DNA of 64,000 nt from Camelus ferus. Lineage: Eukaryota. Positions 63,577-64,000 of the stretch are shown here, piece after piece (positions within the stretch are counted from its first letter, which is position 1; each line of letters starts with the position of its first letter). Under the pieces are notes generated by a model. That model saw only the letters and a list, made by a program, of their open reading frames with translations. It did not search any database and was not told where the DNA came from. The DNA is taken from assembly GCF_009834535.1 (NCBI RefSeq), contig NC_045696.1, positions 10,852,001 to 10,916,000 of the forward strand. Direction: 5' to 3'. The translations under genes and the position numbers were made by a program.

Positions 63577-64000
63577 GTCAGTCCATCTTGAAGGTTTTTA
63601 TTATTCATTAAACAACCTTGTTTACTTAGTGCATCCTAATTGAAAATTAGACATCTCAGAGCATTTTTTTTTTTTAAGGAAATGAATTTCCTTGTTCTTG
63701 TGTCAGGTAGATCTAAAAATTATAATAGCATGTGCTTAGATTGTGTTTGAGAAAAATAGCTCGCAAAGGAGCTCAAATCATGCACTAGTATTCTATCAGT
63801 CTTACTCTTCTTTGGGTATATTTTTTCATTCTTTTGAGTATAGAAAAGACATTGTCAGTATTTTATCTTAAAACCACTGTTTATTTGACTCTTAATTGAT
63901 TTTTGCCCCCATTTTTATCTTGTTTATAACACTGATACAAATGCTATTGTTGATCATAGCAAAGATTTTTTAATTAGGAATTGAGAATTTTTGGATAGGA

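Noticed and set aside
1..64000. CRISPR arrays, operons or prokaryotic defence systems
   Set aside because: No regularly spaced direct repeats or dense ORF packing; the window has spliceosomal genes and mammalian repeats.

Overview
Mammalian genomic DNA, most likely a camelid, inferred from four tRNA-derived SINEs resembling Vic-1 and cetartiodactyl-type L1 3' ends. It is not prokaryotic, so no operons or CRISPR are present. Two + strand genes lie in the human chr21 order. The first is EPCIP/C21orf62, with a single coding exon at 34830-35489 and a probable non-coding first exon near 20.6-20.8 kb. The second is the 5' half of PAXBP1/GCFC1, with a CpG-island promoter and coding exons 1-8 (49411-63576, continuing past the window); all its splice phases check out. 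The rest is intergenic or intronic: an RPL32 processed pseudogene, old and very young L1 fragments, SINEs, MaLR/ERVL LTRs, MIR, L2 and DNA transposon relics. The most notable signals are: (1) a possible spliced 77-codon uORF whose stop overlaps the EPCIP start (TAATG) and whose ATG sits inside an RFX X-box; (2) a cluster of NMD-inducing splice choices around PAXBP1 intron 7/exon 8; (3) two unusual L1-mediated insertions, one LTR-like and one consisting of only an L1 5' tip. Gene and repeat family names come from my recognition of the sequence, not from database searches.
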